Below are positions 28,401 to 37,341 of a stretch of DNA of 64,000 nt, in pieces. The stretch comes from an uncultured Bacteroidales bacterium (GTDB taxonomy: Bacteria; Bacteroidota; Bacteroidia; Bacteroidales; UBA4417), in contig CAWDHU010000008.1 of the NCBI GenBank assembly GCA_963802185.1, positions 12,359 through 76,358 on the forward strand, given 5' to 3'. A program made the translations under genes and the position numbers. The stretch's first letter is position 1. Each line of letters opens with the position of its first letter. Below the pieces are notes generated by a model. It made no database searches. It had not been told where the DNA came from and was given only the letters and a program-made list of their open reading frames with translations.

Positions 28401-30035
28401 ATGAGAAAAATCTCCCTGCTCTTTTTGCTTTGTTTATGCAACATTTATGTTTCGTTTGCTCAATTAGAAGTTAAAAACATAAGTTCCGCTACAGGCGATA
28501 AAATATTTTGGCCACGGGAATTTATCAGCTACAACAATTTAATGTTTTTTAAAAGTTCAACCGCAGGTTACGGGGATGAAATATGGGTAAGCGATGGCAA
28601 TTCTGAAAACACAAGGCTACTAAAAGATATAAATCCGGGTAGCGGAAATGCAATAACAACCACATTTTCAGCAAGTTCAGTGCCATTTAATAATTCGTTA
28701 TACTTCGTTGCCGATGATGGGCAAACAGGCAGTGAACTTTGGAAAACGGATGGAACAACCGAAGGAACCTTCCGGATTACAGATTCAATTCGTGCATACA
28801 TCCCAGAGTTAACGGTTGTCGGGGATCAGATTTTTTTCATAACAATAATTAAAGATCCGCTTTATTACCTGGATACGATACAGGTCTGGAAAAGCGATGG
28901 AACTAAAAGCGGAACATCCCCGGTAACAGGTAAAATAGTACCATTCAATTTGCCTACATTCCAGGGGAAATGCAATAACACATTTATATTTACATACGAA
29001 TCCTATGGTACAAATGGCTCAAGAGTATGGAGAAGCGATGGAACGGATACCGGTACTTACCCTGTAACTGCGGGGCTGCTTGGAAATGGGGCAGGATTTG
29101 TTACGGGCTTGCGCGCCACCGTTATTTTAAGTCAGTATATTGAATTCAATAACTATTTATACTTTGTAACAGGTTCAGGCATAATGAAAACCGATGGAAC
29201 CTTAGCCAACACGCAACTTGTATTTGGCGGTACCGGAGGTGGAATGAAGCAGGCGAGTGTAATTGAATTAAATAACAAACTGTACTTCTCATTTTATCAA
29301 GAATACTCCGACCAGCTATCTCTATATGAATCAGATGGAACTACTGCAGGTACCAAAGAGATTTATAATCAATCAGGAAGCAGATATATAATACCATCGA
29401 AGCTGGAAAAGAACAATTCTTCATTGCTTTTTACCGGGCCCAACAGCAATGGACAGACTTGTCTTTTAGACTTAAATACAGCGGATTATACAGTGAATGA
29501 AATTGCTATGTTAGCTGATAATCCAACACATCCAAACACTTATTTTGAATACAAAGACGCTTGTTTTTTTAATCCTTTTTCTGACAATATTTTTATTTCA
29601 GTACCTATTGGTTATGAGCATGACGGATGGATATATAATTTAACCCAGAACACTATTCAGAAAGTTGATACGCTTAAAAACGTATTGGAGGCATTTGTCT
29701 ACGACAATAAACTGGCTTTTTTCAGATATGTAAGTGGAATGAGTGATTTATGGATCCTGGCGAACGGCCTTACGAACGGTGTAAAGAACACCTGGGCTCC
29801 AGGTGAAATAAGCATGTATCCCAATCCCGCCCATGATTTTATAACGGTTAATTTAGCTCACAGAACCGGCAAAACTGTTGATATAACTATCAGTAATTTA
29901 CAGGGCCAGGTAGTAAAAACAGGACACTTAACAATCGACAATCATTTCAACGTGAGTGATTTACCCAAAGGAACCTATTTCCTGGCGGTAGACAAGGCAG
30001 GTAAACAGGTACCTTTAAAATTTATTAAGTATTAA
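28401..30035 (+). CDS. ELWxxDGT-repeat protein with T9SS C-terminal sorting domain
   Basis: Recurrent EIWVSDGNSENT / ELWKTDGTTEGT / VWKSDGTKSGT / VWRSDGTDTGT / LYESDGTTAGT. C-terminus: MYPNPAHDFITVNL..ISNLQGQVV..DLPKGTYFLAV. Confidence 0.85.
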   Translation: MRKISLLFLLCLCNIYVSFAQLEVKNISSATGDKIFWPREFISYNNLMFFKSSTAGYGDEIWVSDGNSENTRLLKDINPGSGNAITTTFSASSVPFNNSLYFVADDGQTGSELWKTDGTTEGTFRITDSIRAYIPELTVVGDQIFFITIIKDPLYYLDTIQVWKSDGTKSGTSPVTGKIVPFNLPTFQGKCNNTFIFTYESYGTNGSRVWRSDGTDTGTYPVTAGLLGNGAGFVTGLRATVILSQYIEFNNYLYFVTGSGIMKTDGTLANTQLVFGGTGGGMKQASVIELNNKLYFSFYQEYSDQLSLYESDGTTAGTKEIYNQSGSRYIIPSKLEKNNSSLLFTGPNSNGQTCLLDLNTADYTVNEIAMLADNPTHPNTYFEYKDACFFNPFSDNIFISVPIGYEHDGWIYNLTQNTIQKVDTLKNVLEAFVYDNKLAFFRYVSGMSDLWILANGLTNGVKNTWAPGEISMYPNPAHDFITVNLAHRTGKTVDITISNLQGQVVKTGHLTIDNHFNVSDLPKGTYFLAVDKAGKQVPLKFIKY

Positions 30036-30097
30036 ATTGTATAGACCTTTAATGTGCATTATTTCACCATAATAAAGCCATCACTTTTCCTCTTAGC

Positions 30098-30142
30098 AGA
30101 CGAAACCAGGTATTTTAAAACTGCCTGGTTTTCGTCTTTTTG
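30098..30142 (+). terminator. intrinsic terminator downstream of 28401-30035
   Basis: AGACGAAACCAGG (30098-30110) pairs with CCTGGTTTTCGTCT (30124-30137), followed by TTTT. Confidence 0.7.
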
Positions 30143-30400
30143 TGGTATGGCAGATGTACACGACGAAAAAACCAGAAGTTACAGTATGAGCCGCATTGGC
30201 AGGAAACGCGGCTTTAGGGCTACATTATTACGTTAAGGAAATTTGATTTTCGGTTTGTCAATAATCTATATCTAAAAACATAAAATAAAAAAAACAATGA
30301 GAAGCGATCTCACAAACAAAGAGCGTAATCCTTGTTCCTCGTTCTTAAATCAGAACTGCCAATAAAATCCAGGCTGCCACTTCGTATTTCTACAAAAACT

Positions 30401-31036
30401 TTACCTGATAAAACTTGTCACCACTTTTTTCACCGCGGCCGGTGCCGGCAGTGTATCTTTGGTTTGTTCACGCATTTTGAGCAACCATGCCATATGGTTG
30501 CCGAGTACGCTCATGATCTGTGCACCTTCATAGTCTTGTTCCGCCTCACCAGGCGTGCGGCCGTGAATAATGTTCCAGTAACTGGAAGTGGCCAATATCA
30601 TTTCGGAATAGGTGAGATAATGATTCAGGCTATCGAAAGTTACCGATCCGCCGGTGCGGCGTACAGCAACCACCGCAGCTCCGACTTTATGCCGGAACAA
30701 TCCCCCGTTGCTGCCCGAAACATAGAAAGCCCTGTCGAGAAAGCATTTCATGGTTCCTGCAATACCCGCATAATACACAGGGGAAGCGAGTATAATGCCA
30801 TCGGCGTTCTTCATGCTTTGAATCCATTCGTTTAGTTTATCGCCGGTAGTAGTGCACTTTTCATCTTTGTTTTTCGCACAGTTGCCACATGCCAGGCAAC
30901 CTCTTACCGCTTTATTACCAATATGGATAATTTCAAAATCAATACCGTTTTCTTCCAGTTGCGCACCTACCATTCGTAAGGCATGATAGGTATTTCCTTC
31001 TTTTTTCGGGCTTCCGTTTATGGCTACTACTTTCAT
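30401..31036 (-). CDS. flavodoxin-fold NAD(P)H-dependent FMN reductase / iron-sulfur flavoprotein-like protein
   Basis: MKVVAINGSPKKEGNTY...GCLACGNCAKN...DGIILASPVYYAGIAGTMKCFLDR. This is the NADPH-dependent FMN reductase pattern with a Cys cluster as in Isf-type proteins. Confidence 0.85.
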   Translation of the reverse strand: MKVVAINGSPKKEGNTYHALRMVGAQLEENGIDFEIIHIGNKAVRGCLACGNCAKNKDEKCTTTGDKLNEWIQSMKNADGIILASPVYYAGIAGTMKCFLDRAFYVSGSNGGLFRHKVGAAVVAVRRTGGSVTFDSLNHYLTYSEMILATSSYWNIIHGRTPGEAEQDYEGAQIMSVLGNHMAWLLKMREQTKDTLPAPAAVKKVVTSFIR

Positions 31037-31337
31037 TTTTCCGGGTTTTAAACTTATTCAGATTCAGAGGGTATTAAAAATCCAAAATTATTCCTTTTTT
31101 CTGAGAATTCAGGAATAGTATATCTACAGTAAGGGATTCCCAGCTCGCGCATTATAACGCGTGCGGATAAATTTCCGAATTCCCTATGCAATAAGATTTT
31201 TTATTTTAGTTTATGGCTGTCTGAGCTATTTTCAGAATATAGAATATGGACATGTTCAGAAGTCAAGAAGTTATTAGTAATCTAAAATACAATTCGGCAA
31301 TTAAAAAAATGTGAATATTAGTAAATCAAATAAGTTA

Positions 31338-31345
31338 TATATTTG
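31338..31345 (+). promoter_or_regulatory. Bacteroidota -7 box candidate (TATATTTG) upstream of the HNH gene pair
   Basis: Matches TAnnTTTG, 44 nt upstream of ATG 31389, in a very AT-rich spacer. Confidence 0.3.
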
Positions 31346-31388
31346 AATAAATATTATATGACTGTTTGATCAAATATTAATATTGAAT

Positions 31389-32282
31389 ATGTTAGACAAT
31401 CAAATCCGATTAGCCGCATTTGACCATTTAAATAAATTAGTTTCTATTTATGGTGATGTGTTGCCATATAAAGAACTAATTAAAGGATTTCTATTTAAAG
31501 GGGAAATAATTACCCTTCTTGGGGCAAGCGGGATCTGGAAACCTAAACAATTAGGTAACCCTCTTTCAATAACTACCTCTTCGGGTGGCCCCTATTCTGA
31601 TTCATTAACAAACGATGGCTTTCTTAAATATAAATACCGGGGTACTGATCCAAATCATCGTGATAACATAGGGCTTCGCGAATTGATTAATCTGCAGAAA
31701 CCATTGATTTATTTCCATAGTGTGCTCAAAGGGAAATATATTGCAACCTGGCCTGTATATATAATGAATGACAATATTAATGCATTAGAATTTACAGTTG
31801 CAGTTGATGATGTTCGTCATATTAGTAATGAGATAAGCACCGTTGAAGAACCTGAAGAACATTATAGAAGGAAATATCTAACAAGCAATGTACTGGTTAG
31901 ATTGCATCAAAGAAGTTTCAGAGAACGAGTTCTAGCAGCTTATCAAAATCATTGTGCTTTATGTAATTTACGTCATGTTGAACTTTTAGATGCGGCTCAT
32001 ATTATTGGAGATAATGAAGATTCAGGAGAGCCGATTATTCAAAACGGATTAGCGTTGTGTAAAATTCATCATGCTGCTTTTGATCAGAATATACTTGGCA
32101 TTGATCCAGATTATAAGATAAAAATCAGGCATGATATATTACAGGAAACAGATGGTCCAATGCTAAAGTATGGGATACAGCTTCTTGAAAATAATAGCCT
32201 GATATTACCCAAAGATAAACGGAATTATCCTGATAAAAATAGACTTTCGACAAGGTTTGAGCAGTTTTTAAAGGCTGGATAA
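31389..32282 (+). CDS. HNH_2-type endonuclease with SRA/YDG-like N-terminal domain (putative modification-dependent, Type IV restriction enzyme)
   Basis: C-terminal CALCNLRHVELLDAAHIIGDNEDSGEPIIQNGLALCKIHHAAFDQNILGIDPDY (HNH_2 pattern). N-terminal GIWKP..PLSITTSSGGPYSD..YKYRGTDPNHRDNIGLREL..KPLIYFH..ATWPVYI lines up in order with SRA-domain blocks. The track start 31383 is TTG; the ATG is at 31389. Confidence 0.8.
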   Translation: MLDNQIRLAAFDHLNKLVSIYGDVLPYKELIKGFLFKGEIITLLGASGIWKPKQLGNPLSITTSSGGPYSDSLTNDGFLKYKYRGTDPNHRDNIGLRELINLQKPLIYFHSVLKGKYIATWPVYIMNDNINALEFTVAVDDVRHISNEISTVEEPEEHYRRKYLTSNVLVRLHQRSFRERVLAAYQNHCALCNLRHVELLDAAHIIGDNEDSGEPIIQNGLALCKIHHAAFDQNILGIDPDYKIKIRHDILQETDGPMLKYGIQLLENNSLILPKDKRNYPDKNRLSTRFEQFLKAG

Positions 32283-32350
32283 TCTTCATTTCAAATTCAG
32301 CATAATTTAATGGGTGCTTTTAAGGTTTTATTCCATAATATAAGATTCAC

Positions 32351-33313
32351 ATGCAGGATTATCTTTTAAAGTACATGCAAGCTTTCCGGAAGCTGCGCAT
32401 TGACCGATCACATGGCATAGCGCCTCATAAACCTATATTATTGCTTTCAGTATTACAAGCTTATCTAAATAACCTGATTAAAAGTCAACGTATAAACATT
32501 ACTCCTGAGATAGTTGCATTGTTTAAAACCAACTGGAGTTTATTGGTTAGTACCCAACATGATTGCAGAATTTCATATCCGTTTTACTATTTAAAAAGTG
32601 AAAAATTCTGGCACCTGATTCCTAAATCCGGATTTGAGAATATTGACGAAATGGGATCAATTATGAAAAATTTTTCCAACCTCAATGCAGCTGTTGAATT
32701 TGCAGTTATCAATGATGATTTGTTTTTTCTAATGCAAGATAAAAGGAGCAATAGTATCTTGACACAATTCCTATTGGATGAATATTTTCCAACAACAAAA
32801 AACAATTTCTCCTATTCAATTACAGGACAACAAAAACTATTTGATGATATCGAGGGCAAGATATTGCGAGAAGATTCCACTGAATACAGGAATGAAATCA
32901 AGACACTTATGGAACAGCAAAACGAAGAGGAAATTTTTATTCGTGGAAGTATTTTCAAACGTGAGATTCCGAAGATCTATAACTATACTTGCTGTATATC
33001 AGGTATGAAAATAGCTGCAACCATTTCCGTTTCAATGATTGATGCTTGTCACATAGTTCCTTTCAGTGAAAGCTATGATGATACCATTACAAACGGTATT
33101 TCTCTCTGCCCAAACCTCCATCGTGCTTTTGACAGAGGTCTTATATCTATAGATCATAATTACAAAGTACTTGTAAAATCAAATTGGAGCGAAAATAATT
33201 CGAATTATTCTATTAAGCAGTTTGAAGGAAATCCAATCTTTTTACCTTCAAACTCAAGTCAACTTCCTTCTCTGGAAAATCTTCATTCTCATAGAAAGCG
33301 ATTTGATTTTTAA
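32351..33313 (+). CDS. HNH_2-type endonuclease with N-terminal domain resembling the phosphorothioate sulfur-binding domain (SBD) of ScoMcrA-like enzymes
   Basis: C-terminal CCISGMKIAATISVSMIDACHIVPFSESYDDTITNGISLCPNLHRAFDRGLISID (HNH_2). N-terminal LRIDRSHGIAPHKPILLLSVL ... ISYPFYYLKSEKFWHL. The R19-x6-H26-K27 ... Y76-P77 spacing resembles, as I recall it, R109/H116/R117 ... Y164/P165 of the ScoMcrA SBD. Confidence 0.75.
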   Translation: MQDYLLKYMQAFRKLRIDRSHGIAPHKPILLLSVLQAYLNNLIKSQRINITPEIVALFKTNWSLLVSTQHDCRISYPFYYLKSEKFWHLIPKSGFENIDEMGSIMKNFSNLNAAVEFAVINDDLFFLMQDKRSNSILTQFLLDEYFPTTKNNFSYSITGQQKLFDDIEGKILREDSTEYRNEIKTLMEQQNEEEIFIRGSIFKREIPKIYNYTCCISGMKIAATISVSMIDACHIVPFSESYDDTITNGISLCPNLHRAFDRGLISIDHNYKVLVKSNWSENNSNYSIKQFEGNPIFLPSNSSQLPSLENLHSHRKRFDF

Positions 33314-33343
33314 ATAATCTAAAAACAGCCAGATTTTTACTGT

Positions 33344-33919
33344 TTAAGAATAAACACTTTCGCTGATTACATTATTTTCCGCATATACGGTTGCAAGCAA
33401 TTTGTAGTATTCCTGGTGCTTTTCGTGCCCGACATTCTGATCCTGAATCTTTTTCAGATCATTCGTAAGTGATATAAGCTTATCGGCATCAAAAACCTTG
33501 TCGCATAAGGGCAATAAAACATTATCCACTATCTTAATATGCCTTTCTTCAAGGGCTACATACCTGATCATACTTGATGATAAACTATTCAGAATCTGAG
33601 AATTCCCTGAAAGATACTCCTGAAATAAAGTATCGATTTCATTTATATACTCACGAGCCTGTTCATGTTCATCAATTAAGTGATTTATGGTGTCAGCTGT
33701 CCAGGGGATATCGCATTCAAGTAAAGCCGGGTAAATACAATTTTCTTCCTTTTCGTAATGGCAATGCTCAGTGAACGTATGCAGAAAATCAAGAATCTGT
33801 ACTATACGGTATGAGTCTATATATTTGCCGATACGCATATCCAGGGCAAGCTTTTTCATTGCATCAAGAATAATAGTTATGGCTGTATGTTCACCTTTTA
33901 TATCAATTGTTGGTTTCAT
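33344..33919 (-). CDS. hemerythrin-like (HHE cation-binding) domain protein
   Basis: IKGEHTAITIIL, FTEHCHYEKEE, LIDEHEQAREYI and LEERHIKIV are His/Glu pairs spaced as in hemerythrin four-helix bundles. Confidence 0.75.
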   Translation of the reverse strand: MKPTIDIKGEHTAITIILDAMKKLALDMRIGKYIDSYRIVQILDFLHTFTEHCHYEKEENCIYPALLECDIPWTADTINHLIDEHEQAREYINEIDTLFQEYLSGNSQILNSLSSSMIRYVALEERHIKIVDNVLLPLCDKVFDADKLISLTNDLKKIQDQNVGHEKHQEYYKLLATVYAENNVISESVYS

Positions 33920-34462
33920 CTTGGTCAGTTTTTAAGATTAAAACATGAAGAATATCTCAGGCCGGGAGTCTTGTCACTCATAACCGGCAAGCGCCTCATA
34001 TTATTCAGCTTTATATATATAACGGTTTTTAAATTCTATTATTTCAAAACCATTGCTGAAACTATGTTAATTATAGTTAACACCCTGCTTTAGCTGTAGT
34101 ATCGAAATGCATAGCAAGCTAAACCTGGTGGCATAATTTGGTTAAAAACAATTTCAGTATGTATTTATAATTCAATTTTAATAATGCCCAATCCATATCA
34201 GCCTTTATTCCGGGCTTTATGTGATTATGAATTCCTCGGAATATTTGTTTTCAGTTTAAATAATTTTTTGAAATATTTTCAATTATAGTTATCTTAGCTA
34301 TCCAAAATTTAATTTATAAAGATCAGCCAAATCCAATCCTTCTTTAGTATACTATTTGCCGCATATACACTGCATCATTACTCTATACGCAAAACGTTTC
34401 ATACAAATAATGGTTAACCCTTAAACGGAGCAATTCCCGCAGTTAAATTAAAACCAGGAAAT

Positions 34463-35089
34463 ATGACAGACCTATTCTATTTGCCCGATGATTTAAATAC
34501 TGTTATTGGTACAGAAAAAAAAGAATTTGCTGTTAAAGCGAAACGTGCGCAACCGGGGAAAGTCTCAATGAGCCTGATTCTTTTCGGAACCGTCTGGCTT
34601 GCCTTTACAAGCATTTTTTTTGTTGCTTTTCTGGGGCCGTTATTTGTGGGTGAAGAAGTTGCATTCACTACCAACGGGGTTCCTACCGTGGCCGGTCCGG
34701 GCAACCTGGGCCCAATACTGTTACCAGCCTTGATTATTGGTGTTTTTGTTTTGGTGGGAATCGCTATGATGGGATCGGGCATTTACTCGATGTTCAAAAA
34801 AGGCGGATATTTTGTCGGAACCCCGACCCGGCTTATTCATTATCAAAATGGAACGGTGCGCTCCATTGACTGGGAACAGTTTTCCGGGGATATTGAAGTA
34901 AATGGTGATGCAGAAAAAGGGAATTTATCCCTTCAAATGCGGACCGGCCGGATGGTTAGCAGCAAGAACAGCCCTGACAGGTATGTTCCTGATACAATAT
35001 ATATTTCAGGCATCGCCAGTGTATTTGAAATTGAACAGGTATGCCGGAAAAGGATCAAGGAAAATGACCCGACTCCCTCCACATTGTAA
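34463..35089 (+). CDS. hypothetical membrane protein (2 TM helices plus C-terminal PH-like soluble domain)
   Basis: MSLILFGTVWLAFTSIFFVAFLG and ILLPALIIGVFVLVGIAMMGSGI helices. The tail GYFVGTPTRLIHYQNGTVRSIDWEQFSGDIEV..LSLQMRTG is reminiscent of bacterial PH domains. Confidence 0.65.
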   Translation: MTDLFYLPDDLNTVIGTEKKEFAVKAKRAQPGKVSMSLILFGTVWLAFTSIFFVAFLGPLFVGEEVAFTTNGVPTVAGPGNLGPILLPALIIGVFVLVGIAMMGSGIYSMFKKGGYFVGTPTRLIHYQNGTVRSIDWEQFSGDIEVNGDAEKGNLSLQMRTGRMVSSKNSPDRYVPDTIYISGIASVFEIEQVCRKRIKENDPTPSTL

Positions 35090-35133
35090 AGTGAAATACC
35101 GCAGAAAAAGTAGTGCCAAAATCATTTCATTAA

Positions 35134-37146
35134 ATGAAAACAATTATAGGTAAACAAATCGGGTTACCAGAAGCTCTTCAGCAAAAAGCACCTGAAAAAG
35201 GCACTCCCATAAACCATGTAAAAGCTGAAGCTATTGCAGAACTGGAGCGGGGAGTTTATGCAGCGCTGGAAACTTATTCCAATGTTCACCGGGGTAACGG
35301 GCATAATTCTATGGTGACCACCCAGATATTCGACCAAGCCAGGGACATCGTCCTGGAATACCTGAATCTGAATAAAAGCAGATACGTAGTCATCTTTTGT
35401 ACGCCCCGCAGAGCAGCAGCCCTGATCAAATTGCTTGCACCGGAATCGTATCAAATTGTGTCGGGCCCTGACCTTGGACTTTCATTAGGTATAAGAGCTT
35501 TGGCTGTTAAAAAGAAAGCATTGCCGGGAGGGGTTCCTTTCCAAACGGGTGGAGGAACGACAAAACTTGTTTCCAAAAATTGGGTAATATGGGCCGACGC
35601 ACCAGACAAATTCGAGGCCGGAACGCCCGCCATTATTAATATCATCGCTTTTGCCAAGGCACTGCGCCTTGTACAGCAATCCGGGAAAGATATTTTTATA
35701 AGCCCGGACTCTAAAAAGCTGACCGCTGCAGAAATAGTATACCACGATGAGCTTGAGAAATCTTCTGGTCTGGAACTGCTGGATAAACTAAGGCTAACTC
35801 TTGTAGGCCATGATGTTCGTGTTCCAACTGTGGAAGGAGCCAAACCTTTTATCAACCTCGACAACAGTGCAAGTACTCCAACATTCGCTCCGGTTTGGAA
35901 AGCATTTCAGCAAGCATGGCGCCAGCCGGAAAAAGTGCAGGAAGAAATCATCCATGAGGTAAAGTCCATTTGCGCTGAAGTACTGGGTGCGCCCCAACCA
36001 GCCTATGATGTTATTTTTACGTCCAACACCACCGAAGCCATTAACCTTGCGGCCGAAAGCCTCAGCCTTGAAACCAATGAGGGCAACGGGCCGGTTATAC
36101 TAAACACACTTCTCGAACACTCCTCCAACGATCTGCCCTGGCGTTCGATTCCCGGTTATTCGCTGATCCGGCTGTCGGTGGATGACGATGGTTTTATGGA
36201 TCTGAAAGAGATGGAAACGCTGTTAAGCGAATACAACCTGGCGGCTCGGCATGGAAATAAGCGAATCAGGCTTGTTGCTGTGAGCGGCGCTTCGAATGTA
36301 CTTGGCGTGTGCAACAACCTGGAAGAGATAAGCCGGATCGTTCATCAGTATGGTGCCCGCCTGCTTGTTGATGCGGCACAGTTGGTCGCCCATCGAAGGG
36401 TTGATATGGAAGGATGGGGAATTGACTATCTGGCATTCTCTGCCCATAAGGTTTATGCACCATTCGGTTGTGGCGTGCTGGTAGTGAGAAAAGGACTGCT
36501 TAATTTCAACCATACAGAAATGCAGCTCATCCGATCGTCAGGAGAAGAAAATGCAGGGGGTATCGCAGCATTAGGCAAGGCGCTTGTACTTTTGCAACGG
36601 ATTGGCATGGATGTGATCCGGGAGGACGAACAGGTTCTTACCAGGCGGGCTTTGTATGGGTTGACTAAAATTCCCGGTCTCACGATATACGGGATAAAAG
36701 ACCCGGAATCAACCGGATTTTCGTCTAAAATTGGTGTGATTGCATTCGGCCTGAAAAATAAAATGCCCAGCAAAGTGGCCAGGCAACTTGCCTTAGAAGG
36801 TGGGATCGGTGTACGCAGTGGTTGTCAATGCGCTCATATCATAATCAAGCGACTTCTCCACATCAGTCCTTTTCTTGAAAGCTTCCAGCGTTTGATTCAA
36901 ACCTTGTTCCCAAAGTTCAGGTTTCTTGGCCTGGTCAGGGTAAGCCTGGGCATTGAAAACAGCCAGGAAGATTTCGACAAATTAATTCAGGTTCTGGGCA
37001 AAATAGCAAATCCACGCGGGGTTACATCGGACACAAGCTCTGCGCCCGGGAATACAGGCAATCCCATTATAAATCAGGCTGAAGCACAAAAGCAGATGAA
37101 TGATTTTACCAGGAATATAGCCACAATAGTATATTCCCAACTTTAA
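35134..37146 (+). CDS. aminotransferase class V-fold PLP-dependent enzyme (cysteine desulfurase-like) with extra N-terminal half-domain
   Basis: VIFTSNTTEAINLAAESL, LLEHSSNDLPW, VAVSGASNVLGV, DAAQLVAHRRVDME, YLAFSAHKVYAPFGCGVLVV (PLP-Lys). In addition, residues ~40-190 repeat class V elements (ETYSNVHRGNGHNS.., FEAGTPAIINIIAFAKAL). Confidence 0.8.
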   Translation: MKTIIGKQIGLPEALQQKAPEKGTPINHVKAEAIAELERGVYAALETYSNVHRGNGHNSMVTTQIFDQARDIVLEYLNLNKSRYVVIFCTPRRAAALIKLLAPESYQIVSGPDLGLSLGIRALAVKKKALPGGVPFQTGGGTTKLVSKNWVIWADAPDKFEAGTPAIINIIAFAKALRLVQQSGKDIFISPDSKKLTAAEIVYHDELEKSSGLELLDKLRLTLVGHDVRVPTVEGAKPFINLDNSASTPTFAPVWKAFQQAWRQPEKVQEEIIHEVKSICAEVLGAPQPAYDVIFTSNTTEAINLAAESLSLETNEGNGPVILNTLLEHSSNDLPWRSIPGYSLIRLSVDDDGFMDLKEMETLLSEYNLAARHGNKRIRLVAVSGASNVLGVCNNLEEISRIVHQYGARLLVDAAQLVAHRRVDMEGWGIDYLAFSAHKVYAPFGCGVLVVRKGLLNFNHTEMQLIRSSGEENAGGIAALGKALVLLQRIGMDVIREDEQVLTRRALYGLTKIPGLTIYGIKDPESTGFSSKIGVIAFGLKNKMPSKVARQLALEGGIGVRSGCQCAHIIIKRLLHISPFLESFQRLIQTLFPKFRFLGLVRVSLGIENSQEDFDKLIQVLGKIANPRGVTSDTSSAPGNTGNPIINQAEAQKQMNDFTRNIATIVYSQL

Positions 37147-37341
37147 CTAAATCAGAAAAACCGGACGAAATGAGATCAGAGGAGTTAACTTAGCGAAGCT
37201 TCTGGATGACTTTTTTCTACTGTTTATTCCTGCGAGCAGAAGCATAAAAAAACCAAAAATCCCTAAATCTATTTTCAATTAGAATCATTAACGCGGTTAA
37301 TTCTTACATTTACCTGTAATTCCAGGCTAACCCATTCCCCT

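Noticed and set aside
30054-30236. 60-aa ORF downstream of the ELWxxDGT gene
   Set aside because: It spans the intrinsic terminator hairpin and has no plausible coding features. Only the 23-nt similarity to the LLM gene is noted, as a separate finding.
30332-30835. 167-aa ORF antisense to the flavoprotein gene
   Set aside because: It has no recognisable motifs and a TTG-type start, and it lies fully inside a strongly supported minus-strand gene (30401-31036).
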